From IMG/VR virus record IMGVR_UViG_3300037478_000342, positions 1 to 49,778 of that record: 49,778 bases of DNA; one strand, written 5' to 3'. The DNA comes from a virus (lineage: Duplodnaviria > Caudoviricetes). The translations under genes and the position numbers were made by a program. Numbering within the stretch: the stretch's first letter is position 1; the number at the start of each line of letters is the position of its first letter. This document shows positions 9,256-18,094 of this stretch, one piece after another. The notes beneath the pieces were generated by a model. It searched no databases, had not been told where the DNA came from, and saw only the letters and a list, made by a program, of their open reading frames with translations.

Positions 9256-9557
9256 AACGGGTCGGGATCCTCGGGGTCGATCGGGACCGGGGTGAGGTCG
9301 ACCGCCACGCGACGCGGAACGCCGGGCGTGCGCTCCTCGAGCACCGCGACCCGCACCTGTATGTGGGCGTGCGCATTCACGATCTCGTGTAGCTTGCGCC
9401 GCGTCTCGCGAACGTGCTTCGCGCTCTCGGCCTTGAGCCCGTCGTGCCCCTTCTCGAGGTGCTCGAACCGAGATTCGCGGCGCCCCCATGCCATCGCGAT
9501 CGCCGCGATGGCGGTGCACAGCGTGAGCGCGGCCGCGACGGTGATCGTGATCTCCAC
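9252..9557 (-). CDS. Small membrane protein (N-terminal TM plus coiled coil), possible holin/lysis accessory
   Basis: GTG start with TACCAT 6 nt upstream; hydrophobic ITVAAALTLCTAIAAIAMAW. Confidence 0.6.
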   Translation of the reverse strand: MEITITVAAALTLCTAIAAIAMAWGRRESRFEHLEKGHDGLKAESAKHVRETRRKLHEIVNAHAHIQVRVAVLEERTPGVPRRVAVDLTPVPIDPEDPDPF

Positions 9558-9610
9558 GTTCGGATGGTAGCGGGGAAGCCTCCGCGAATCGACCTGTCCT
9601 CGCGACCAGG

Positions 9611-9961
9611 TCAGAACGGCAGCGCCTCGAACGAGTCGCGGATCACGAACGATCGGCGAGCTCGCGCCTGCTCGATCACCGCGCGCCAGTCGAGCCCGTA
9701 CCACTCCCAGAATTCCGCGCTCCCGATCACGTCGTGCCGCTCGTCGTGGTGCTCGTCGCAAAGCGGGCACGTGTCCTCGTCGGTGCCCTGGTGCGACAGC
9801 GGGGGCTCGTGGTGCGCCTCGGTGCGCGTCGTCTGCCGTCGGCCCTGGTGCGCACACACGGCGCAGGGTTGGGTTCGGCACCATCGCGCCTGCTCGCCGA
9901 ACGCGACCGGGTCACGCCGCCGCCGCCATGACCTGCTCGACCCCTTGCGATTCCCCCTCAC
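9611..9961 (-). CDS. HNH-like zinc-binding nuclease (DUF968-like)
   Basis: PCAVC…EAHHEP…PLCDEHHDERH; GTGA coupling. Confidence 0.7.
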   Translation of the reverse strand: MRGNRKGSSRSWRRRRDPVAFGEQARWCRTQPCAVCAHQGRRQTTRTEAHHEPPLSHQGTDEDTCPLCDEHHDERHDVIGSAEFWEWYGLDWRAVIEQARARRSFVIRDSFEALPF

Positions 9962-10317
9962 GGCCTGCCGCCGGTCCACCCGCCAGGATCGCCCTTCGCT
10001 CCGACGCCCTCGGGACTGTTCTGATCGGGCGGTCTCGCGCCTTCGGCGAGGCGCTCGCCCTCGAGCAGGCGCCGTGCCTGATTCGCGAACCCGCGGCGCT
10101 TGAGCTCGCCCGCGACCAGGCGCACGTCCCCGACCCACCGCGCGAGCTTGTCGATCACGACGTCGACGACGTGGTCGGGAAGCCCGAGCTCGCCGCGCTG
10201 GCGCGCGATGATCTCGAGCGCCCAGCATGCGCCCTCGACGAGGCCCGCATCACGACCCGCCGCGTTCGCGCGCGAGATCGCGGCGAGCCGCTCGCTTCGA
10301 TCTTCCGCGTCCGTCAC
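9958..10317 (-). CDS. Hypothetical protein (119 aa)
   Basis: GTGA overlaps at both ends. Confidence 0.6.
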   Translation of the reverse strand: MTDAEDRSERLAAISRANAAGRDAGLVEGACWALEIIARQRGELGLPDHVVDVVIDKLARWVGDVRLVAGELKRRGFANQARRLLEGERLAEGARPPDQNSPEGVGAKGDPGGWTGGRP

Positions 10318-10607
10318 TGGTGCCCAACCTTTCGCACGTCGTCGAGCTGTTCGCGGATCTGCAGGATCAGCAGCTCGACCTTGTCCTCGGAGTAAGCGGA
10401 CGCGACCGGCGGCCCACCGTCGGCTCGGAACGCGATGATCACGATCGATGGTCGGCCGTCGGATCGGTCGAGCCCGCCGACTACTGCGATCCCGCCGCCG
10501 GGCAGCGCACGCGCGAGCTCGGTCGCGATGGTCTCGGGCTCGAGCGTGCCGAGCGGCTCGCACCGATCGCTGCGGCGCCACGGTTCGCGTCGCTGACGGC
10601 GACTCAT
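10314..10607 (-). CDS. Hypothetical protein (97 aa)
   Basis: ATGA/GTGA overlaps with neighbours. Confidence 0.6.
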   Translation of the reverse strand: MSRRQRREPWRRSDRCEPLGTLEPETIATELARALPGGGIAVVGGLDRSDGRPSIVIIAFRADGGPPVASAYSEDKVELLILQIREQLDDVRKVGHQ

Positions 10608-10876
10608 GTGCACCCCCACCGCTTGCGCCCGATCTGGTACGCCTGCCGCACGAGCCATCCAGCAGGTGTGATCGCCCGACCGTCCGCGTCGAGCAGGTTC
10701 GCGTCGACGAGCGCGTCGATCGTTCGCTGCGAGACCCGGATCTCGCGCAGGTCACCGCGTCGCCCGCGTCGCCCACGGCCCGACCCCGCGAGCCAATCGA
10801 GCGCACGCATCATCGCGGGCGTGAGGATCGACACCACTCGCGAGGGTGCTGTCGGAGGCGTGCCCACGACCTTCAT
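10604..10876 (-). CDS. Hypothetical protein, possibly winged-helix (90 aa)
   Basis: ATGA overlaps; LTPAMMRAL…TIDALVDANLL…ITPAG pattern. Confidence 0.6.
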   Translation of the reverse strand: MKVVGTPPTAPSRVVSILTPAMMRALDWLAGSGRGRRGRRGDLREIRVSQRTIDALVDANLLDADGRAITPAGWLVRQAYQIGRKRWGCT

Positions 10877-12030
10877 GACGCGGCCGCCTTCGGTTCGCCC
10901 TTCGCCTTGCGGTGTCGCTTGGCCCCGGGGCAGCTCGCAAAGTGCGAGACGCGGCCGAGCGTCGCGCCCGGCGTATCGTTGTCGCACGCGACCCCGACGC
11001 GAACCTCGCCCGCGTCGGTGACGATCGTGCGTTTCACCCCGCGCGGCGCCGCGAACGAGAGCGACTCGGGCAGGATCGCGACAGGCTCGAGGTCGACCGG
11101 GATCGCCTTGCCCGAGGCGGAGCGGATCCACCCGATCGTCGCCGGGCAGCTCCTGCAGCCGCCGGTGCGGATCGGCTCGAGCGGCTTGGGCGGCTTGAGA
11201 TCGAGCACGACGGTTTTCGTCGTGACGGTGAGCCCATCGGGCACGTGGGTGTTCTCGACCGACTCGATCGAGAGCTGCGCGGCGCTGGCACCGAGCGGAA
11301 TCGTCGACAACGGTGCACGCTCGGCGCCGGGCTCCTCGTCCTCGATCTCGAGCATGCGGTCGAGGTAGATCAGCGCGCGCGCCTCGAACAGCTCGAACGC
11401 CTCGACGAGCTCGAACAGGGAGTACTCGAACACCTGCGGGCGCTTCGACCCCTCGATCCCGAACACGAGCGCGCCGTGCTCGATCTGCAGGCCGCGCACG
11501 CGCACCAGCATCTCGCGCAGCGCCGCGAAGTAGCTCCCGAGCTGCTGGGCTTCCTTGTCCGCGACCCACTCGGGCTTCTTCCGCTTCGCCGCGGATTTGT
11601 AGTCGATCACGGCGGGCACGACCTCGCCCGACGCGGTCTGCCAGTCCGCGATCACGTCGAGCTTGCCCCGGTAGCGAAGGCCCACGTGATAGATCGGGAG
11701 CTGCACCGCGTGCACCTGGCGGATGCGCGAGAGCGACGGGCGGATCGCCTCCCACCACACGCCCTCGCCCTCCTCGCCGGTGGTACCCCAGCGCTCGAGC
11801 ATGTCGTCGAGCTTGCGCCCGCGCTCGGCGCCCGCGGACTTCTTCCGCTCCACGTCGGCGAGCTGCTCGGGCGTCTGTCGGTCGCGCCACGCCTGCAGCG
11901 CGGGGCTCAAGACCTCGGTCTCGAACAGGATCGTCGATACCGCGTAGAAATCGGCCGCAGGCGTCCCCCGAAACCGTGTGTCGGAGGGCAGCAGGGGCAC
12001 GCCGCTTGTGATCGTGTTAGGGTTGTGCAT
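10873..12030 (-). CDS. PD-(D/E)XK exonuclease with C-terminal Cys/His zinc-binding domain
   Basis: VSTIL, ERG, YRGKLD, VIDYKS, QQLGSY; C-terminal CRSC…W…GKAIPVDLEP…HFASCP. Confidence 0.8.
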   Translation of the reverse strand: MHNPNTITSGVPLLPSDTRFRGTPAADFYAVSTILFETEVLSPALQAWRDRQTPEQLADVERKKSAGAERGRKLDDMLERWGTTGEEGEGVWWEAIRPSLSRIRQVHAVQLPIYHVGLRYRGKLDVIADWQTASGEVVPAVIDYKSAAKRKKPEWVADKEAQQLGSYFAALREMLVRVRGLQIEHGALVFGIEGSKRPQVFEYSLFELVEAFELFEARALIYLDRMLEIEDEEPGAERAPLSTIPLGASAAQLSIESVENTHVPDGLTVTTKTVVLDLKPPKPLEPIRTGGCRSCPATIGWIRSASGKAIPVDLEPVAILPESLSFAAPRGVKRTIVTDAGEVRVGVACDNDTPGATLGRVSHFASCPGAKRHRKAKGEPKAAAS

Positions 12031-12080
12031 CGGATCGCTTTCGCTCTGGTGGGGTGAAGGGGTGATGGTGCAGGTCATGG

Positions 12081-12113
12081 AGCGGCGGGCGATGGTGCCC
12101 GCCGCTTTTTTTT
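12081..12113 (+). terminator. Rho-independent terminator on the + strand, antisense to the surrounding operon
   Basis: Stem AGCGGCGGGC/GCCCGCCGCT, 6-nt loop, followed by a T run. Confidence 0.8.
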
Positions 12114-12130
12114 CGTGGATCCCGAGCGTC

Positions 12131-13471
12131 TCACGACTCGGCCGGCATGTCCTCGAACGTGGTGAAGGCCCCGAGCCACCGGATCGTGCGACGGAACCCG
12201 GCATCCCCGTTGCGCTGTTTCGCGAAGATCGCGTCCGCCTTGTGCGGGTCGGCCTTGTCGTCGTAGCGGTGCGCCCGGTACAGGAACACCACCGCGTCCG
12301 CATCCTCCTCGAGCCGCCCGCACTCGCGCAGGTCGGCGATCACGGGGCGCTTGTCGGCACGCGTGTCGACGTCGCGGCTCACCTGCGAGAGCAGGAGCAC
12401 GGGGATCCGCAGGTCGATCGCCGCATCCTTGAGCCCGCCCGAAATGTCCCCAATCTCGAGGTCGCGCCGTTCGTACCGCTTGCCCGCGACGCCCGCGTAT
12501 TTCTGCACGTAGTCGACCACCACGAGCCCGAGCCCCTTGCACTTGCGCGAGATCGGCTCGGTGCGCCGCCGCCAGCGTCGAGCGGTCGCGAGGATCTGCG
12601 TTATGTTTCTCGACCGATCGTCGATCTCGAGTGGCGCCGCGTTGATCTCGCTCGCGATCCGCACCATGTGCTGGTAGTCGAGCTCGCCCAGGCCGCCCGA
12701 CTTCGCGAGGCGCAACGGCACCCGAGATCGGCTGCAGATCGCGCGCATCAGGAGCTGCGTCGCGGGCATCTCGCGCGAGTAGAACCGCGTGGGGATCCCG
12801 CAGTCGACCGCGGCGTGCAGCGCCTGGTCCATCGCGTAGGCGCTTTTGCCCATGCCGGGCCGAGCACCGAGCACGACCAGGTCCCCCGCCAAGTGACCGC
12901 CGTCGAAGACCTCGCGCACGCGCGCCAGTGGGATCGGGACCACCGGCGCGTCGTTCCGCTGCACGGCGAGGATCTGCGCGAACGTGGCGCGGATCTGTTC
13001 ACCGAGGGGCTGCTCGGCCTCGACGTCGCGACCGTGGTCGATCGCCTCGACCAGGCGTTGACTTGCGCTGTCGACGAACGCGATCGGGTCGACGTCGGTC
13101 GCGCGAGACTCCTCCGCGATCTCGGCCGCCACGGTGCCGAGGATTCGGACCTTCGCCCACCGTCGCACGATGCGCGCGTGCTCCTCGACGTTATGCGTCG
13201 TGGCGTACGCGTCCGAAAGTTTCCCGATGCCCTCGAGCCCGCCGACCAGCGTGAGCGCGTCCATGCGGCGCAGCTCGGCCTCGAGGGTGATCACGTCGAT
13301 CGGCGACTTGCGATCGTGGAGCCGCGCGACCGCGACCCACGCGGCGCGGCATCCCGGAACGTGGAAATCGTCCTCACCCACGAGCGGCGCGACCTCGTCG
13401 AATCGATCGTTGCGCAGCAGGATCGCGCCGAGCACCGCGCGCTCGGCCTTCGGGTCGTGGGGGATCGGCAT
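12131..13471 (-). CDS. dnaB: Replicative DNA helicase, DnaB family
   Basis: AERAVLGAIL, GARPGMGKS, VVDYVQ, LSQVSR, DLRECGRLEEDAD, AKQRNG. Confidence 0.95.
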   Translation of the reverse strand: MPIPHDPKAERAVLGAILLRNDRFDEVAPLVGEDDFHVPGCRAAWVAVARLHDRKSPIDVITLEAELRRMDALTLVGGLEGIGKLSDAYATTHNVEEHARIVRRWAKVRILGTVAAEIAEESRATDVDPIAFVDSASQRLVEAIDHGRDVEAEQPLGEQIRATFAQILAVQRNDAPVVPIPLARVREVFDGGHLAGDLVVLGARPGMGKSAYAMDQALHAAVDCGIPTRFYSREMPATQLLMRAICSRSRVPLRLAKSGGLGELDYQHMVRIASEINAAPLEIDDRSRNITQILATARRWRRRTEPISRKCKGLGLVVVDYVQKYAGVAGKRYERRDLEIGDISGGLKDAAIDLRIPVLLLSQVSRDVDTRADKRPVIADLRECGRLEEDADAVVFLYRAHRYDDKADPHKADAIFAKQRNGDAGFRRTIRWLGAFTTFEDMPAES

Positions 13472-13474
13472 CGT

Positions 13475-14554
13475 TCAGCGCTCGGGGTAATGCGAGGAGT
13501 CGGGGTTGGGGTCATGGTCGAAGGTCGCGCCGCCGTCGGTCGCGTCGTAGCTCGTGGGCCTCCACGCGGTCTCGCCAGCGCACCACTCGCGGAGCTTCTT
13601 CGCGCGCTCGTCGCCCGACCGCGATGCGTCGCGCGCCTGGATCACGCACCGGAACCTCCACCGGCGAATGTGCTCGATCGCCTCGTCGCGCGAGCACGCC
13701 TCCCGCTTCGCGACATGCTCGACCAGCCGGGCGATGATCCCGACCTCGCGGCCCTGCGCGTCGAAGCCTCGAGCTCGGGTCGCGAGCCCGTGCTTCACCC
13801 GCAGGCCCTCGTGGTAGTCCCAGAGGCGCTTCGCAGTCGCGCCGAGCTCGGCTGCGAGTGGACGTGGAGATCTCGCCTTGCGGCTTGCAGCGACCTTCGG
13901 CTCGGCGGTGGGGTGGGTGAGGACAGGGGGGAGTGGAGTGGAAGGGGTTATAGGGGGAGGAGAGGCGAGGGGGGCAGGAGAGGGAGGGGGCGGATCTGTC
14001 GCTACTGCATGTCGCGTAGTCGTGTCCGTAGCTACGGAATTCACTACTGCATGTCGCCGCGCGACTACGCGGCGTGTCGCGGCGAGCTCCTCGACGAACA
14101 CGAGGAGATCTCCCTCGAGCCGAAACCACTCCCCCGTCTCGCGGTAGGCCGACCAGCGCTCGTGCTGCTCGGCTTCGCCCGCGTACCCACCGGGCATCGT
14201 GGCCGCGATCTGCACGATGCCGCCCTCCGAGCGCGCGAGGTCGGCCGCGCGCGCCCACGGGTTCTTCGAGACCCCGATCTTCACGCGCCCCCGCTCGTCG
14301 GTCGCGAAGTACACGGTGCCCGAGCGGTCCGCCGGTGGAAGTCCGCCCGACTGGCGGAGCCGGTACCGCCTGCAGCGCGCAGCGTTCCCCGTGGGCTCGC
14401 GCAGCGCCTGGTCGACGAGCTCGACCAGCCCGGCCAGGTCGACTTGCCCGAGGCGCTCTGCCGCGCCCTCGAGCTCCACGACGAGATCACCCCCTCCGTC
14501 GAGGGCCAGTCGGATCGACCGGCCGCCGACGGTGAGCACGAGCGACGTGATCAC
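13475..14554 (-). CDS. Putative replication initiator with a T5orf172/GIY-YIG-like domain
   Basis: VYFAT…VKIGVSKNPWAR…E…H…GEWF; upstream of DnaB; internal repeats and a Pro-rich linker as in lambda-O-like genes. Confidence 0.6.
   Translation of the reverse strand: MITSLVLTVGGRSIRLALDGGGDLVVELEGAAERLGQVDLAGLVELVDQALREPTGNAARCRRYRLRQSGGLPPADRSGTVYFATDERGRVKIGVSKNPWARAADLARSEGGIVQIAATMPGGYAGEAEQHERWSAYRETGEWFRLEGDLLVFVEELAATRRVVARRHAVVNSVATDTTTRHAVATDPPPPSPAPLASPPPITPSTPLPPVLTHPTAEPKVAASRKARSPRPLAAELGATAKRLWDYHEGLRVKHGLATRARGFDAQGREVGIIARLVEHVAKREACSRDEAIEHIRRWRFRCVIQARDASRSGDERAKKLREWCAGETAWRPTSYDATDGGATFDHDPNPDSSHYPER
13908..14080. other. Putative replication origin
   Basis: Purine-skewed tract ~13908-13990; CTACTGCATGTCGC at 14002-14015 and 14044-14057; palindrome TCCGTAGCTACGGA at 14025-14038. 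Confidence 0.55.
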
Positions 14555-14748
14555 GCCGCCGAGCCCCCAACGCGGCGCGCCTTGAGCCACGCGGCGATCT
14601 CCGCGCGGCTGTAGCGATACCCGATCGGGAGGTCGTAGTACGGCGGACCCTCGCCGCGTTCTCGCCAGCCGGCGAGCGTGGTCGGTGCGATGCACAAGAC
14701 CTCGGCCGCCTGGCGCTCCGAGATCAAGTCGTCCTGTTCGTCGTCCAT
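14551..14748 (-). CDS. Xis/AlpA-like HTH DNA-binding protein (65 aa)
   Basis: LISERQAAEVLCIAPTTLAGWRERGEGPPY…YRYSRAEIAAW. Confidence 0.85.
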   Translation of the reverse strand: MDDEQDDLISERQAAEVLCIAPTTLAGWRERGEGPPYYDLPIGYRYSRAEIAAWLKARRVGGSAA

Positions 14749-14756
14749 GAACGCAG

Positions 14757-14800
14757 TTGTTACCGCGTATTGACGCGACGCGTCAAGTCGGTTAGGAAGT
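14757..14800. promoter_or_regulatory. Divergent promoter/operator
   Basis: Perfect IR TTGACGCG-A-CGCGTCAA (14770-14786) gives a -35-like TTGACG on both strands between divergent operons. Confidence 0.65.
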
Positions 14801-14807
14801 GTCCACC

Positions 14808-15770
14808 ATGACCACCGCCGACCCCGCCGCCGAGCCTGACCCCTTCGATGCTGCCGTCGACCGCGAGGTCGAGAAGCGATTGCGCGAGCGGGCGCTAGCC
14901 GCGATCCGTGCGGGAGATCTCCTCCTCACCGCCGAGGCCACGCGGATCCAGGTCTACGCCGACGGGCTGATCTGCAGCCGAAACCCCGACGGCACGCCTG
15001 CGATCGACAAGCTCCTCGCCGCGCTCGCCGAGGCGCAGGCCACGATCAAAAACGCCGACAAGTCGCAGGCGAACGAAGCGTTCAAGCAAGGCGAGAGCCG
15101 CAAGCCGAGCAAGTACGCCACGCTCGCCGACGTTCTCGACGCGTGTCGCGGCTCGCTCGCGACCGCTGGGATCTGCACCCCGCAACTCCCGAGCCGGCTC
15201 GACAGCGGCGACGTGCTCGTGCGCACGATGCTCGGGCACAAGAGCGGGCAGTGGCTGATCTCCGAGCTCTCGATGCCGGTGCTCCAGAAAACGCCGCACG
15301 CGATCGGTTCGGCGATCACATACGGCCGCCGCTATTCGCTCGCCGCGATGGCCACCGTTGCGCCCGACGACGACGACGGGAACGCGGCGGCGAGTGTGGG
15401 TCAGCAGCAGCAGCAGAGCAACGGCGGCACGAGCCAGGAGCGCGGCGGCGGCGATCAGCTCGCAGCCCTGCGCGGCGCGATCAAGCGGGACTTCAAGGCG
15501 GCGGGGAAGTGGCAGAGCGTGCGCGAGCTCTGCACCGCCGCAGGCGTCGTGCCGACGCCGCTCGACAAGATGCCCGCGGCCGACATGCGCAAGCTCCACG
15601 ACTTCCTCAAGGCCGCGCTCACGCCCAGCGACACGCCCGCCGGTGACGCGACCGACACGAGCCCGAGGACGATGGACAACCCCGCCGATCCCGGCGAGCG
15701 CGAGCCCGGCGAGGACGACGAGGCCGATCGGGTGGCCGACGATCTCGTCGACGGGGTCGGAGCGCGGTGA
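14808..15770 (+). CDS. erf: ERF-family ssDNA annealing protein
   Basis: SKYATLADV, HKSGQW, GSAITYGRRYSL, DDDDGN. Confidence 0.9.
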   Translation: MTTADPAAEPDPFDAAVDREVEKRLRERALAAIRAGDLLLTAEATRIQVYADGLICSRNPDGTPAIDKLLAALAEAQATIKNADKSQANEAFKQGESRKPSKYATLADVLDACRGSLATAGICTPQLPSRLDSGDVLVRTMLGHKSGQWLISELSMPVLQKTPHAIGSAITYGRRYSLAAMATVAPDDDDGNAAASVGQQQQQSNGGTSQERGGGDQLAALRGAIKRDFKAAGKWQSVRELCTAAGVVPTPLDKMPAADMRKLHDFLKAALTPSDTPAGDATDTSPRTMDNPADPGEREPGEDDEADRVADDLVDGVGAR

Positions 15771-15861
15771 TCCTCCTCGCCCTCGACGCGCTCGTGCCCC
15801 GCGTCGGGGCGCTCGCGATCGCTGTTCTGCTGGCCATGTGGGCCCTGCGGTAGGCTGCGCC

Positions 15862-16434
15862 ATGTCGATCACCGCAAGCCTCGCCCTGCAGCTCGCCCTC
15901 GCCGCCGACCCGTGCTCGCGCGAGCACGACACCACGCGCCTCGAGACCCGCGAGCGGATCCGGTCCGCCTGCCGCGACCTCGGCGCCACCGCCGACGTGT
16001 GCGAGGCCCTCGACGTCGTCGTGGTCCGCGAGAGCTCGGGGCGCGCGACCGTCCGCCACGAGCTCGGGCCGAACGAGCACGGCCGCGGGGCGACCGGGCT
16101 GTCGGTGCGGCTGCACGCGGCCAAGTGGGCTCACGACGCCACCGAGGCCGATCTCTGCACCCCAGAGATCGCGGGCGTCGTGGTCCTGCGGATCTGGCGG
16201 ACCGCCGTGCGCACCTACGGCGCGCGCACCCTGCTCGACCTGCAGCGCGTGTTCGCCGGCCGGTGGATGGACGTGGGCCTGCCCCCGATCCGCGGGCGTG
16301 ATGGCGACTGGTGCTCGCGGCTCGCTCGCCGCGAGCTGTCGTGCTTCGACCCCGTGCGCGCGCGTGACCTCGGCCGAGGGCCCGCCGTCGACGCGCAGGA
16401 CTCGTGGCTCGCTGACCGGCTGGCCGAGGCGTGA
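15862..16434 (+). CDS. Exported lytic-transglycosylase (SLT)-like protein
   Basis: Signal-like N-terminus; VVRESSG (catalytic-Glu-like) and GATGL; TAGGCT upstream. Confidence 0.5.
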   Translation: MSITASLALQLALAADPCSREHDTTRLETRERIRSACRDLGATADVCEALDVVVVRESSGRATVRHELGPNEHGRGATGLSVRLHAAKWAHDATEADLCTPEIAGVVVLRIWRTAVRTYGARTLLDLQRVFAGRWMDVGLPPIRGRDGDWCSRLARRELSCFDPVRARDLGRGPAVDAQDSWLADRLAEA

Positions 16435-17006
16435 TGCCGCTGCCGATCGAGCTGATCCGCGACCTGCCCGGCACCACCGCGGGCAGCACGTTCACCGGCG
16501 CGTTTTTCAACTTCGGCGAGACCCACCGCTATCTCCTGTGGCGCCGGTGGGGCATCGACTCGGCCCCATGGCTCGGGTGGATCATGCTCAACCCTTCGAC
16601 CGCGGATCACTGTGAGGACGACCCGACGATCCGACGGTGCATCGGGTGGGCGAAGCGGTGGGATCCGACGGAAATGCCCGCGCGCTGGCACGAGCGACCG
16701 GCGGCCTTCCCGGTGTTCGGCGGGATCGTCGTGGCGAACGCCTATTCGCTCCGCGCGACCGACCCAGCGGTCATGCTTCGGCACCCGCATCGTCTCGGCG
16801 ACGTCAACGACGAGCTCGTGCGTCGCGTGATCCGCCGGTGCGCGTGGACTGTCGTTGCGTGGGGCGATCGCGTCGAGCCCGACCGGCGCCGCGCGCTTGC
16901 CGAGATCGTTGGATCATCCGCGTTGTGCCTCGGGCGCACCGCGGGCGGACAGCCGCGGCACCCGCTCCGCGTGGCCTATGTGCAGCCCGTCGAGGCGTGG
17001 CCATGA
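16431..17006 (+). CDS. DUF1643-family protein
   Basis: RYLLWRRW, IMLNPSTAD, DDPTIRRC, RATDP, VAWG, PRHPL. Confidence 0.88.
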   Translation: MMPLPIELIRDLPGTTAGSTFTGAFFNFGETHRYLLWRRWGIDSAPWLGWIMLNPSTADHCEDDPTIRRCIGWAKRWDPTEMPARWHERPAAFPVFGGIVVANAYSLRATDPAVMLRHPHRLGDVNDELVRRVIRRCAWTVVAWGDRVEPDRRRALAEIVGSSALCLGRTAGGQPRHPLRVAYVQPVEAWP

Positions 17007-17719
17007 CACAGGGCGACCTCCTCGGCGACCAGCCCGACCGCGAGCGCTGGGCGAAGCACGACGCGGACTTCACCCCGCGCCGCGTCGTGCGGCAGGGTCT
17101 CGAGCTCGCCGAGCGCGTCCTCGGCCAGGCGCCCGGCACCCTGCTCGACCCGTGCGCTGGTGCGGGCGTGTTCGGCATGGAGGCGCACCACTTGTGGCGC
17201 GGGTGCCTGCGGTTCGGAATCGAGGCGCGAGCCGAGGAGCGTGAGCACGTCGCGCGCTGGTACCCACACGGGTTCGTGATCGACCGATTCCAAGACGCGC
17301 CGAGCATCGGCCTCGAGCCCGACCTGATCGCCACCAATCCGCCGTTCGACCAGTGGCCCGAGCTCCTCGCGTGGGCGCTCGACTACGTGCGGCCCGGCGG
17401 CGTGGTCATGTTCCTCGGCCTGGTCTCGTGGGGATGCAGCGACGAACCCTCGGAGCGCGCCGACGTGCTGCGCGCGTTCCCTCCGGTGCTCGAGGGGCGG
17501 ATCTTCGGCCGGATCAAGTTTCGCACCGGCCGCAACCCCAACACCGGGAAGCCCTACGGCACCGACTCGCGCAAATATGCGTGGTGGTGCTGGCAGCGCG
17601 ACGGCGTGCGCTCGACGTTCGAGGGCCTGCCGACGTGGTCGACGACGATCCTGCCTGCGATTCCGCGACCAGATCGCGAGTGGAAGGTGCGGCCCGGAAC
17701 CGAGGATCTCGCAGCTTGA
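17003..17719 (+). CDS. DNA amino-methyltransferase (likely N6-adenine)
   Basis: LDPCAGAGVF (SAM binding) and TNPPF (catalytic). Confidence 0.82.
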   Translation: MTQGDLLGDQPDRERWAKHDADFTPRRVVRQGLELAERVLGQAPGTLLDPCAGAGVFGMEAHHLWRGCLRFGIEARAEEREHVARWYPHGFVIDRFQDAPSIGLEPDLIATNPPFDQWPELLAWALDYVRPGGVVMFLGLVSWGCSDEPSERADVLRAFPPVLEGRIFGRIKFRTGRNPNTGKPYGTDSRKYAWWCWQRDGVRSTFEGLPTWSTTILPAIPRPDREWKVRPGTEDLAA

Positions 17720-17745
17720 CAAGCGGGGCCTCCGCTTGTGAGGGT
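17716..17745 (+). promoter_or_regulatory. Promoter with overlapping inverted repeat
   Basis: TTGACA at 17716; IR ACAAGCGG-N5-CCGCTTGT at 17719-17739. Confidence 0.5.
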
Positions 17746-17752
17746 GGACCCC

Positions 17753-18094
17753 GTGAGCACGGCGATCCGCCTCCGTCCACGCAACGCGCTCGACCGCGTG
17801 CAGCGTCGACGGGCGGCGGGCGTCGGCCGGGGTGTGCTGCTCGACCTGCACCTGGTCGCGGGCGTCGTGCGAGCTCGGCTGCTCGACCACGGCACCGAGG
17901 GCGTCACGATGCCGCGCGGCACCGTGGTCGTGGAGGTGTGGGGCGGCAAGCCGAAGGCGGTTCTCGAGCACGTCGCGCACGCGAACCGGAGCATGCGCGG
18001 CCTGGTCGTGGTCACGATTCACCGCCGCGCGCGCCGGTGGGATCGGTTCGTCGCGTGGTGGCGCTGGGCGTGGGCCGAGGTGTTTCGCCGGTGA
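17753..18094 (+). CDS. Hypothetical protein
   Basis: ORF fills the gap; GTGA coupling to the XRE gene; start uncertain. Confidence 0.5.
   Translation: MSTAIRLRPRNALDRVQRRRAAGVGRGVLLDLHLVAGVVRARLLDHGTEGVTMPRGTVVVEVWGGKPKAVLEHVAHANRSMRGLVVVTIHRRARRWDRFVAWWRWAWAEVFRR

Noticed and set aside
10873-12030. Cas4/CRISPR-associated gene
   Set aside because: No array or other cas genes; it lacks the Cas4 Fe-S cysteine arrangement and fits a recombination exonuclease
11978-14614. 878-aa plus-strand ORF
   Set aside because: Antisense shadow of dnaB and the initiator-like gene; no motifs
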